Shown: positions 1 through 8,597 of the stretch, in pieces | Layout of the letters: the number at the start of each line of letters is the position of its first letter | Position numbering within the stretch: position 1 is the stretch's first letter | NCBI GenBank assembly: GCA_005791575.1 | Contig: SXWA01000078.1 | Coordinates: forward strand, 6,688-70,687 | Reading direction: 5' to 3' | Source of the DNA: Planctomycetaceae bacterium | GTDB lineage: Bacteria; Planctomycetota; Planctomycetia; Pirellulales; UBA1268 | Length of the DNA stretch: 64,000 nucleotides | Notes under the pieces: generated by a model | Told to the model about the DNA's origin: nothing | Seen by the model: only the letters and a program-made list of their open reading frames with translations | Databases searched by the model: none | Position numbers and translations under genes: made by a program

Positions 1-1248
1 GCCATGGACCGGTCGAACCACCAGCCCCCACAGCGCACCGGCTGCGAGGACCTGACCGATCACCTCGAGCCGGTAGGGTTTGAAGACGTTCCAGACGAAG
101 AGGAAGATCGACGCCGTCACCATCCAGCCGTAGAGGTTGCTGGCCACGGCGTAGGTGGCGAACGCCCAGCGGTTGCGTCGCGGGAGGAACGGATCCTCCG
201 GCTGCTCGATCCCGAGGCACCAGTGGCTGGCGAGCCGGCCGAGGATCGAACTGGCCTTCTGGCGGAGATTGGGGATCTCGAGCACGTCGGAGAGGATGTA
301 GTAGCCGTCGTAGCGCATCAGCGGATTGGCATTGAAGAGGATCGTCGACACGCTCGAGACGAACATCACGTCGAGGCACAGCTGGTTGAAGGTGCCGGCG
401 TGCGAATTCCACCACAGGTAGGTGGCGATCGAGGCGATGATCAACTCGACGTACATGCCTGCGGCACCGATCGCCGCCCGCCGCCACTTGCTCGGCAGCA
501 TCCAGCTGTCGGAGACGTCGCAGTAGAGGCACGGCGTGAAGACGAGGAGCATCACCCCCATCTCATGGCATTCACCGCCGTAGTGCTTGCACGACAGTCC
601 GTGGCCGAACTCGTGGAGGACCTTCGTGAAGGCGAGGGCGGCGGCGAGCCAGAACCAGTTGCCCGAGGCGAAGAACTGGTTGAAGGCCGGGAGGCGGCTG
701 CGGAAGTCGTCGAAGTTGACGAGCACGAGCGCCACGGCCGAGGCGACGAACACGAGCATCGCCACGATCGCCGGCGGTGAGAACAGCCAGCCGAACCAGG
801 GGTCGAGCCGCTCGAGCAGCCGGTCGGGGTCGATGCCACGGAAGCGCATCGCCATGATGTTGGCGAGCCACGCCTTCCACTGCCGCCAGAGCCGTTGGCG
901 GCGCCGTTCGAAGAGCTGCGGCCCCTGCCCGGAACGGTCGCCGATCACCAGTCCGCTGCGGTGGAGGGTGGCGACGAACCGCGACAATTCGTCGAGACCG
1001 ATCCGCCGGGGGGGGAATTTCTCCTCGAACCTGGCCTGCAGCGCCTCGAGGCTGGCCTTGCCGTCGAGCATGTCGAGGAGCGCGTATTCCTCGGGCCGGA
1101 AACGGTAGTAGGCCAGCGAGATCGGATCCTTCACCACCCACCAGGCCTGCCCCTGGTGGACCTGGCGGTTCGCGACCAGATCGCCACGGCGGCGCAGGCC
1201 GATCGGCCGGGTGGTACTGGAGCGAAAGGCATCGGCGGCGGTGGACAT
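1..1248 (-). CDS. M50-family (site-2-protease-like) integral-membrane zinc metallopeptidase with an N-terminal PqqD/RRE-like domain; the 3' end runs off the window
   Basis: Absent from the ORF track because there is no stop codon in the window. Manual translation of the - strand from the ATG at 1246-1248 gives MSTAADAFRSSTTRPIGLRRRGDLVANRQVHQGQAWWVVKDPISLAYYRFRPEEYALLDMLDGKASLEAL... and stayed open in every stretch I translated. The HEFGHG (HExxH) motif is encoded at 598-615 and is followed by LSCKHYGGECHEMGVMLLV and hydrophobic segments. The gene starts 19 nt downstream of the HlyD gene. Confidence 0.8.
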   Translation of the reverse strand, partial: MSTAADAFRSSTTRPIGLRRRGDLVANRQVHQGQAWWVVKDPISLAYYRFRPEEYALLDMLDGKASLEALQARFEEKFPPRRIGLDELSRFVATLHRSGLVIGDRSGQGPQLFERRRQRLWRQWKAWLANIMAMRFRGIDPDRLLERLDPWFGWLFSPPAIVAMLVFVASAVALVLVNFDDFRSRLPAFNQFFASGNWFWLAAALAFTKVLHEFGHGLSCKHYGGECHEMGVMLLVFTPCLYCDVSDSWMLPSKWRRAAIGAAGMYVELIIASIATYLWWNSHAGTFNQLCLDVMFVSSVSTILFNANPLMRYDGYYILSDVLEIPNLRQKASSILGRLASHWCLGIEQPEDPFLPRRNRWAFATYAVASNLYGWMVTASIFLFVWNVFKPYRLEVIGQVLAAGALWGLVVRPVHG

Positions 1249-1267
1249 CGGGCAGCCCTCGACCTCG

Positions 1268-2338
1268 CTACCGTGCCGCGGCCTGGGGATCGGCTGCCGG
1301 GGGCGCGGTGAGGTCGCGCCGCACCGGCGGCAGGGGCGCCTGGTTGGAATGAATCGTCATCCGCGCCGTCTGACCGGGCCGCATGAGCCACGTGCCCGAG
1401 TCGGGCACGAGCCGGTTGGCCACCTCGGCCCAGACCCGGTAATCACCGCCCGATTCGACGATCGGGCTGGTGAAGACGATCCGTCCGGAAAACGTCTCCA
1501 CGCGCTTGTCGGCGAGGGTGATTTGCACCGTCACCGGGCGGTCGCGGACCGCCTCGGGGTCGTGCCGGGCGGAGTCGACGTAGCCCTCGACCCGCAGCGT
1601 GTCGGCCCGAACGACCCGCGCGAGGGGATCGCCGGGCTGCAGCCATTCGCCCTCGTGGGGAAAGACCTCGACCACCACCCCGTCGAGCGGCGCCGTCACG
1701 AGCCGGCGGCCGATGGCATCGCTCGCCGCCTGAACCTCCACCTCCTTGGAGGTGGAGGTGAGGCCGGCCAGTTTCTGCTCGAGCCGCGCCTGCTCGATCG
1801 ACAATTCGCTCTTCTGTTGATTGAGCCTGAGGCGCTCGATTTCGACCGACGTGATCGCACCGGAGACCGTGCGGTTGGCGTCGTTGGCCTTCTCCAACTC
1901 GGCCCGGGCGACGAGCTCGGCCGCCACGGAGTAGCGGATGTCGACGTCGCTCTCCGCCTTGGCCACCGCCTGATCATGCTCGGCCTTGGCCTTGCGGCGA
2001 TCCGACTGCGGCTGGCTGTCGTCGATCTTGGCGATCACCGCCCCACGCGTGACGGTGTCCCCTTCACGGATGTCGAGCGATACGAGCACCCCCGCCTCCC
2101 GCGCCGGTACCTTCGCCTCCTGCACGAGCGACACCAGGCAGTTCGAGAGGATCGGCTCGTTGGCGGGTGACTCGCTCTCCACCGAACGCGGCCGCGCCGG
2201 CGGGGCCGGTTCATCGGCGCCCGTCCGCCCGGGGATGGCCGTCGCCGCGGCCGCCAGCACCGTGAGTGCCGCCGCCAGTCGCATCCGCGGTGCGGCATGC
2301 CGTTTGTCGTCCATCAGGAAACCCTCCGCGGAAAACAC
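1268..2338 (-). CDS. HlyD-family membrane-fusion (periplasmic adaptor) protein
   Basis: The 356-aa ORF has a signal-like N-terminus (MRLAAALTVLAAAATA). It has a lipoyl-like hairpin (REGDTVTRGAVIAKID), a long coiled coil and a beta-barrel segment (VTAPLDGVVVEVFPHEGEWLQPGDPLARVV). Alternative starts are at 2314 or 2284. Confidence 0.85.
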   Translation of the reverse strand: MFSAEGFLMDDKRHAAPRMRLAAALTVLAAAATAIPGRTGADEPAPPARPRSVESESPANEPILSNCLVSLVQEAKVPAREAGVLVSLDIREGDTVTRGAVIAKIDDSQPQSDRRKAKAEHDQAVAKAESDVDIRYSVAAELVARAELEKANDANRTVSGAITSVEIERLRLNQQKSELSIEQARLEQKLAGLTSTSKEVEVQAASDAIGRRLVTAPLDGVVVEVFPHEGEWLQPGDPLARVVRADTLRVEGYVDSARHDPEAVRDRPVTVQITLADKRVETFSGRIVFTSPIVESGGDYRVWAEVANRLVPDSGTWLMRPGQTARMTIHSNQAPLPPVRRDLTAPPAADPQAAAR

Positions 2339-2383
2339 GATCCGCCGACGGCAACGCCGTCGGCCAACTCTCGTCGGATCGGA

Positions 2384-4492
2384 TCAGAACAGTCGGAACA
2401 GGACCTGCGATTGGATGAACGCGAGCACGTCGTGGAACCAGACATACCCCAGCGAGCGCCGTCCGCAGGCGATCCGCGCGGTCACCGTCGCCCCGGCTCC
2501 AAGCTCCGGCCGCTCGTGCCGGTCGGGGTCGATGGTGACGCGGACCAACGCCACGTTTCCGCTCTCGCCGCGGACCTCGGCCTGTTCGTGGATCTCCTTG
2601 ACCGAGCCGCGGTGCCGCGTGCCGGGATCGGTCGCGAGGATGTAGTCGACGCTGAGTTCGCGCCCGCCCGACCGGGCGGCCAGGGCCGCCTCGTTGACCT
2701 GCCCGAGGCGATCGTCCGGCATGTGGATCTCGAGTTCCCAGGGGCCTTCCTTGTCGGCCACGGTGAGCAGCACCTGCCCCTTCTCCACCGGCCGGAGAAG
2801 CAGGCGATCGGCGACCTGCCAGGTCACCACAACGCCGTCGATCGGACTGCGGACCTCGAGATCGCGCTTCTTGTCCTCGTAGAGCTTCTGCTGGGCGTCG
2901 AGGCTCTCGATCTCCCGCTGCAGCTGGGCGGCACGGCCGGACATCCGCGTGCGCTCGTCGGCCGAGATCCGCTTGTCCTCGAGGAGGGCCCGGCGGGTGG
3001 AGACGAGTTGCTCCTCGGAGGAGGCCTTGCGGCCGAGCACGTCGGTGAGTGCCACCTCGAGATCGGTGTTGCGCAGCGTGACGAGCAACTGGCCGCGAGT
3101 CACCCCGACGCCGTGGGCGATCCCCGGGGCGATCTCCTTGACCACACCATCGACGCCGGCGAAGACGTCGCGTTTGTGGACCGGCTCGAGAGTCCCCTTC
3201 CCCTCCAGACGCAACTCGGCGGGGATGAAGATCAGGGCCGCGATCGCCGCCAGGCTGGCAAGCGCCGCGAGCACCGTTTTCGGCAGGTTGCGCGCCGTGG
3301 TGAGGGCGCGGGAGCGGCCCAGGACGTCGATCACACGGAACAGTGGCAGGCCCGTGTGGTCGAGGGAGTTGGCCAGGGCGATGCTGCCATGCTCGGCACA
3401 GACCTCGACGCGGGCCCGGCGGCCACCTTCGAAGGTGCTCGACGTGAACCATTCCGCGACCAGCACGCCGATCGGCTCACCCGCAGCGACGTCCGCCGGC
3501 GGCGCCGCCTCCGCCTTGGCCACGGCCACCGCGTCGACGCCACCCGGCTTCACGACCGGTGTCTTCCGCGGTCGCACGAGCGGCAGGATCGCCAGCCCGC
3601 TGGCGTGCGACTCGTCGATGTAGTGCTCCAACTCCTCCTCGATCTGCGGCGGCAATTCGCGCGCGGGATCGGGATGCCAGAGCGCATCGCGTGCCCGGGC
3701 CACGACCCGGGCGAGCGCCTCGATGGCCTGCACCGCGGTGGCCCGCCGCTCCACCGATTCCTGGCCGCTGACCGCCTCGAGGCGCAGCCGCCGGCCGCGG
3801 CGGACCAGCACGCTGACCCGGTCGCACCCGATGATCCGGCGCGCCTCGTTGGCCAGGGTGAAGGCCGTGGCCACGGGGTCGAGCGACTCGTGCACCTGGC
3901 GGCTGAAGCGGTCGACCTGGACGAGCGCCGCCTGCTGGCTGTCGAGTGACTTCACCTGCCTGCGGACGAGGTAGCTCCCCGCCACCCCTGCGACCTGATC
4001 GACGAACACCAGGTAGCCCTGCTCCACCTCCGGTTGGTTGTGGTGGTGGAACACCTCCAGGAGCCCGGCGCGAGTGCCGCTCCGTTCCAACGGTGCCGTG
4101 ATCACCAGCAGATCGGTGGGATTGTTCGAGACCGGCCGCCCATCGGGACCGTTGAGCTGGGCGCGGGCGGGAACGAGCATCGCGTTGGGGGCGGCGAGGA
4201 GCGACTGCACCAGCCGCCCATGGGTTTCCTGCGGTTCGCCTGGCTCGGCCAAGCCGGTGGCCTGCATGCCCGAATGGCAGACCGGTTCGCAACGTCCCTG
4301 GTCACCCACCAGCCAGACCAGCCCGCCGACCGCCCCCATCGCCTCGATGACCCGGTCGAGAAGGCCGCGAAAAAAGTCGGCCTCGGCGAGATCGGTGCGG
4401 CCGAGTTGGTCGATCTCGGAGATGATCGCGCGGATCTGCTGCCGGGATTCCTCGACAGCCTGTGGGTCCACGGTACTCATGCGGTCCACCAC
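2384..4492 (-). CDS. Membrane-fusion protein with a large N-terminal cytoplasmic GAF-like sensor region (two GAF-like modules, one TM helix, HlyD-type periplasmic part)
   Basis: The 702-aa ORF starts with about 390 aa of soluble sequence in two GAF-like blocks (..GGLVWLVGDQGRCEPV.., ..IIGCDRVSVLVRRGRRLRLEAVSG..). A TM helix follows (TVLAALASLAAIAALIFIP). The rest is HlyD-like (VTRGQLLVTLRN, a coiled coil, then RSPIDGVVVTWQV). Confidence 0.85.
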   Translation of the reverse strand: MVDRMSTVDPQAVEESRQQIRAIISEIDQLGRTDLAEADFFRGLLDRVIEAMGAVGGLVWLVGDQGRCEPVCHSGMQATGLAEPGEPQETHGRLVQSLLAAPNAMLVPARAQLNGPDGRPVSNNPTDLLVITAPLERSGTRAGLLEVFHHHNQPEVEQGYLVFVDQVAGVAGSYLVRRQVKSLDSQQAALVQVDRFSRQVHESLDPVATAFTLANEARRIIGCDRVSVLVRRGRRLRLEAVSGQESVERRATAVQAIEALARVVARARDALWHPDPARELPPQIEEELEHYIDESHASGLAILPLVRPRKTPVVKPGGVDAVAVAKAEAAPPADVAAGEPIGVLVAEWFTSSTFEGGRRARVEVCAEHGSIALANSLDHTGLPLFRVIDVLGRSRALTTARNLPKTVLAALASLAAIAALIFIPAELRLEGKGTLEPVHKRDVFAGVDGVVKEIAPGIAHGVGVTRGQLLVTLRNTDLEVALTDVLGRKASSEEQLVSTRRALLEDKRISADERTRMSGRAAQLQREIESLDAQQKLYEDKKRDLEVRSPIDGVVVTWQVADRLLLRPVEKGQVLLTVADKEGPWELEIHMPDDRLGQVNEAALAARSGGRELSVDYILATDPGTRHRGSVKEIHEQAEVRGESGNVALVRVTIDPDRHERPELGAGATVTARIACGRRSLGYVWFHDVLAFIQSQVLFRLF

Positions 4493-4748
4493 CCCCAGAG
4501 GTCAGCCGGGCAGGCCATGCGGCCCGGGGCGGGCCGTGACGCCACGAGGCCGCAGTTGGGCCGCGCCGCGAAGGCCGCCGAGGTCCGCCGGGTGCCGTTC
4601 ACCCGGCCCCGTTGGATCCCAATACTACGTCGGAACGGCCATGATGTGCGGAACGATCGGCACGGATCCCCCCATTTCCACCCCGTCGGAGGTGGTGAGA
4701 TGCGGGGGCTACCGGCCGGCCCCGACCCAGCGGCTGTGACCAGCCACT

Positions 4749-4777
4749 CCCGCCGGGAAACCCGTCGGCCCGGCGGG
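4749..4777 (-). terminator. Candidate stem-loop terminator downstream of the DUF3467 gene
   Basis: A perfect 9-bp inverted repeat, CCCGCCGGG (4749-4757) and CCCGGCGGG (4769-4777), flanks an 11-nt loop. It lies about 40-70 nt past the stop at 4819. There is no U-tract, so function is uncertain. Confidence 0.35.
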
Positions 4778-4818
4778 AGTAGCCATGGTGGAAGGCAGAC
4801 CCGCCTGGGCGGCGACCG

Positions 4819-5157
4819 TCAGGCCTTCGTCGCCTGCTGGTGGATGACCCGCCGCTGGACGTCGGTCTCGAGGACGCCGAACGCCTGCTCGTAGCGCTGC
4901 ACCGCCATGTGGAGCGCGTAGGCGAGCCGCTTCGCGGTGAAGAAGTTGACGATGATCCGCTGGGTGAGCTGGATCGTCTCCGGCGTCGTGCCGGCCACCT
5001 GCTTGTTGAGCCCGAAGTCGACGATCAACTCCTCCGGCGTGCCGGTGACGCGGCAGAAGTTGGCGTACGTGGCGGCGATGTGGGACTCGTCCACCGGCAC
5101 TGCCATGGGCTCGCCGGCGGGGCGGGTTTGCGGGGCGACGCGGGTTTCTTCAGACAT
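4819..5157 (-). CDS. DUF3467-family small protein
   Basis: The 112-aa ORF contains the core YANFCRVTGTPEELIVDFGLN....TQRIIVNFFTAKRL, which I recognise as typical of DUF3467. Composition is coding-like. Confidence 0.75.
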   Translation of the reverse strand: MSEETRVAPQTRPAGEPMAVPVDESHIAATYANFCRVTGTPEELIVDFGLNKQVAGTTPETIQLTQRIIVNFFTAKRLAYALHMAVQRYEQAFGVLETDVQRRVIHQQATKA

Positions 5158-5399
5158 GGAATCTCCGACGGATGGGGGTAGTGTGAATCAGGCCGGGCAC
5201 GACGTGCCGATTCGGGAACGGGATCCCCGAAGTCGGCAGCGTGCATCCCCGCCTGACCAGGAAGTCTACCAACCTGGGGCATGCCCCGCTCAACAGTCGG
5301 GACGACGCGCCCCGCTCGTCCGTGTCCAAGGTCCATCCCTGGCCTTTGCCACAGCCTCCTGGCAGTCGCGCGGCCCGCGTGAGGGGCTCGAGGGGGTGG

Positions 5400-6344
5400 T
5401 CAAGGCAGCGGTTCTGGCCCACGATCCATCCGGAAGGGGCCCGCCGGGTACCGCACCGGGAGACCGTGGCGCTCGAGCCAAGCCGGGGTGACGAACCTGC
5501 GCAGGAGGGCGATGAAGGTCCGCCGCGCGTCGCGGGGCCAATCCGCCGGGCCTCCCGCGCCAGCTTCGCACCCGGCCCAGGCCAACCGGCAGGGCCAACC
5601 CTGCTCCCGCGCGACGGTATCGAACCGTTCGGCGACCCGTAGGGTCCACGCCGCGCCGAAGGTCTCCCGGAAGGCGATCCAAGCCGCTTCGGTCCCCCTC
5701 CACGCTGCCGACGGGTCGCCTTCGGGGCGACTGCCGTGGGGGCCGGTCCGCGGCGCTGCGGGCCAGACCGCTGCCGCCACCACCGCCACCACCACCAGTC
5801 CGGTGCCGAGCGCATCGACGGGATCCCCCGCGGCCACCGCTCCCGATCCCCAGGGGAGGAAGGGCCTGGCGAGGAGCGCCTGCCCGAGCGCCAACGCTGC
5901 TGCCGGCGCCGCGCGCCGCGTGGCGGCGTGATTGAGCCACCCCACCGCGATGATCGCCGCCACGAGGAATCGCGAGAGGAGATGGACGTCGGGCGGAGAA
6001 CCCGGGCGGACGAGGGCGGCCGTGGCGGCCGGAAGAAGAATCACCACCGCAAGCGAGGCGACGATCGCCTGCCATACCCCATGCTGCGGCCGCTTTGCCC
6101 CCAGCAGCGACATCCCCGGGCAGAGGCCGAGGGCCACCAGGCACAGCCGCCGGCAGGCGAGCGTGGCGGCGTCGTCCGCAGGCGGGTTGGCGGAGAACCG
6201 CTCGGCCGCCAGTGCCAGTCCGGCGGCAATCCCCCACCACGCGGCGGGCACCGCCGTGCTGCCCCGCACCCTGTAGGCACCGACGGCGGCGGCCGCCGCC
6301 ACCACGAACCCCGCCGCCAAGCCGATCGAACCGGATGACTCCAT
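5400..6344 (-). CDS. Hypothetical polytopic membrane protein with a soluble C-terminal domain
   Basis: The 314-aa ORF has several Ala/Leu/Val-rich hydrophobic spans and a Trp/Arg-rich C-terminal domain of about 110 aa. The overlapping alternative frames are Arg/Gly/Pro-rich junk. Confidence 0.6.
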   Translation of the reverse strand: MESSGSIGLAAGFVVAAAAAVGAYRVRGSTAVPAAWWGIAAGLALAAERFSANPPADDAATLACRRLCLVALGLCPGMSLLGAKRPQHGVWQAIVASLAVVILLPAATAALVRPGSPPDVHLLSRFLVAAIIAVGWLNHAATRRAAPAAALALGQALLARPFLPWGSGAVAAGDPVDALGTGLVVVAVVAAAVWPAAPRTGPHGSRPEGDPSAAWRGTEAAWIAFRETFGAAWTLRVAERFDTVAREQGWPCRLAWAGCEAGAGGPADWPRDARRTFIALLRRFVTPAWLERHGLPVRYPAGPFRMDRGPEPLP

Positions 6345-6539
6345 GCTGCAAGGCTACCCGGCTTCATCGCGACCCGCTCGTGGTGCCACGTGTAGCGGTG
6401 GTGACGACGGCAAGGGCCGGGGAAACCGCGGCGGACAGCCGTGGCCGGCGACGCCGAAGACTCCCCTGGAAACCAACCGATGCACGCCCCACCGGCCCTC
6501 TCCGGGCCGCGCCGTGCCAGCGCCGCCCCGAGTACCGCC

Positions 6540-6938
6540 ATGAACCGCCCGCTATGCCGCCGCCCCGCCCTGGGAGCGGCCGTTCCCGTGATCGTTGCCC
6601 TCGTCGGCAGCGGCATCGCCGCCGTCTCGGCTCCCGCCATCGAGATGTTCACCTTCTTCGGCGATGGGAGCCGGATCGGGCTGCCGAGCCTCGAGGTGCC
6701 CATCGAGGCCTACCCGGGGAGTCCGCTCCGCAGCGACCGGATCAGGGCACGCCGCGGATGGCGTGTGCCCACGACCCGGACCCAGCCTGCCAGGTCGGCG
6801 CGCGGTCCCGTGGGGTCAGCAACCGGCACCCGCGCTGCCGGTCAGCCACCGGCAGCCGGGAACCGCATTCCTGGGCAGCTCGGTGATCCGGAGCCGATCG
6901 TCCCACCGGCTGCCATTCGTCCCTTCCCGGTGCGCTGA
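6540..6938 (+). CDS. Hypothetical small secreted or membrane-anchored protein
   Basis: The internal ATG at 6540 gives MNRPLCRRPALGAAVPVIVALVGSGIAAVSAPA, which is signal-peptide-like. GC3 is high in the first half. A GC hairpin follows directly after the stop. The C-terminal half is low complexity, so confidence is modest. Confidence 0.4.
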   Translation: MNRPLCRRPALGAAVPVIVALVGSGIAAVSAPAIEMFTFFGDGSRIGLPSLEVPIEAYPGSPLRSDRIRARRGWRVPTTRTQPARSARGPVGSATGTRAAGQPPAAGNRIPGQLGDPEPIVPPAAIRPFPVR

Positions 6939-6941
6939 CCA

Positions 6942-6961
6942 CCGCGCGGGCGCCCGCGCGG
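6942..6961. terminator. Candidate bidirectional GC-rich hairpin between convergent genes
   Basis: CCGCGCGG gcgc CCGCGCGG forms an 8-bp stem with a 4-nt loop. It sits between the stop of 6540..6938 (+) and the stop of the TPR gene at 6979 (-). Confidence 0.4.
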
Positions 6962-6978
6962 CCTACCGGGGGCGGAGT

Positions 6979-8388
6979 TCACTTCTTCGCTGCGCCCGAC
7001 TTCAGCTTCTCGAGCAGATCGACGGCGTCGGAGCGGGTGGCGAAGAACGGCTCGCTGGCCAGCACCTGCTCGAGGATCGACCGCGCCTTGTCGGCATCGC
7101 CACGGTCGGCGAGCACCCGGGCGAGGTAATAGGCCCCGTCCGTCGGCAGCGTGTTGTTCTGCGTGACACGACTGAACAGTTTCTCGGCATCCTCGCGCCG
7201 GCCGGTGCGGTAGTAGATCCACGCCAGCGTGGTCAGCGCGTTGGGCCCGATCGTGTTGTTGTCGCGGTACATGGCAACGTTGGCTTCAGCCATTTCGACA
7301 GCCCGCTGCCGCGGCTCCTTCTCCTCCGACTCGACGAGCACGAGTGCCAGCGAGTTGGATGCGGGAAAATTGCCCGGTGACTGGACATGGGCATCGTTGA
7401 GGAATTTCTCCGCCGAGCGGTAATCGCGGGCGATACGCGCCACCGTGCCGCGCACGAGCTTCGCACCGAGGCTCTTCTCATCGACCGCGAGTGCGGCGTC
7501 GGCATTGGTCTTCGCGGCCTCGAGGTCGTTCTGGGCCAGGAACCATTCGGCCGCGCCGAGGAGCACGCCGACGTCCTTGGGGGCCGCCTTCACCGCCGCC
7601 TCGATCTGCTTCCGGGCCACGTCCCGTTTCTTGGCGTCACTGTACAGTCGCGCCATCCACAGTTCGGGCTGGAGGGACTTGGGGTCGAGTTTCTTCGACT
7701 CCCGGAACTGCTCGAGGGCCTTGTCCTCCTCGCCAAGTTGGAAGAGCACGATGCCGAGCCGTTGCCGGGCGCTGGCGTTGTCGGGATCGAGGGTCATCCA
7801 GGCCTCGATGTGCTTGCGGGCCACGTCCCACTGGCGACGGGCCTCCGCCACGGCGGCGAGCCCCGCGTTGGAGCGGATCTCGAAGTCACGCTTGCGCTTG
7901 GGGTTTTCCGTGAACGCCTTCGTCAGGTCGGTGGCCTTGTTGAACAGCAGGCTCGACTCGGTGATCCGCCGGTCCTGGAAGGCAAGGTCGCCGAGCATCA
8001 GGTAGGGCTCGGGATCGGCGGGAAACTTGTTGGTCGTGTCCTCGAGTTCAGCCCGCGCCTCGGCGACTCGATTCACGTTCATCCAGAGCATCGCCATCAT
8101 CACCCCCGACGGGGGCAGCTTGGGATTGTTCGACTTCACACGCTCGAGGAGCGCCCGGCAGCCATCGATGTCGCTGGCCAGGAACCGGTTGATGGCGTTG
8201 GTCACCTCACCAGCCTGATCGTCATCGGAGACCGCCTTGCCGATGAGCATCTGGGCCGTCGGGATGTTCTGCGCACGTGCCTGCGTCGCCATGGTGCCTG
8301 CCACCACCAGGCAGAGCGCCACGACGACACCGCGGCCTGCCCGGCAGGCCAGCACGGGCGACAGCGCGAATGAACGGAGGCAGATCAT
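6979..8388 (-). CDS. Secreted TPR-repeat protein
   Basis: The 469-aa ORF has an N-terminal signal sequence (VVVALCLVVAGTMATQARAQ). It contains many 34-residue TPR-like repeats (..A.....A...P.....LG..) and ends in a Lys-rich tail. Confidence 0.85.
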   Translation of the reverse strand: MICLRSFALSPVLACRAGRGVVVALCLVVAGTMATQARAQNIPTAQMLIGKAVSDDDQAGEVTNAINRFLASDIDGCRALLERVKSNNPKLPPSGVMMAMLWMNVNRVAEARAELEDTTNKFPADPEPYLMLGDLAFQDRRITESSLLFNKATDLTKAFTENPKRKRDFEIRSNAGLAAVAEARRQWDVARKHIEAWMTLDPDNASARQRLGIVLFQLGEEDKALEQFRESKKLDPKSLQPELWMARLYSDAKKRDVARKQIEAAVKAAPKDVGVLLGAAEWFLAQNDLEAAKTNADAALAVDEKSLGAKLVRGTVARIARDYRSAEKFLNDAHVQSPGNFPASNSLALVLVESEEKEPRQRAVEMAEANVAMYRDNNTIGPNALTTLAWIYYRTGRREDAEKLFSRVTQNNTLPTDGAYYLARVLADRGDADKARSILEQVLASEPFFATRSDAVDLLEKLKSGAAKK

Positions 8389-8597
8389 GCGGGGGGCTCC
8401 TGCTGACGACGGGTTCGGGAATGGTCGAAGGGCGCTTCACGATACACGGTCTGGGAGTCGGCTCAAGCCTGCCGACGGAGGGCCGCGGCGTGGGGCCACG
8501 CGGCCGCCCGCCCAGCAGGCCGACCGATGGGGCCGCGCGCGGGGATTTGTGATAGCCTCCCGCCTGCGGTCGATCGTGAGGTGCCGGGAGAACGGGC

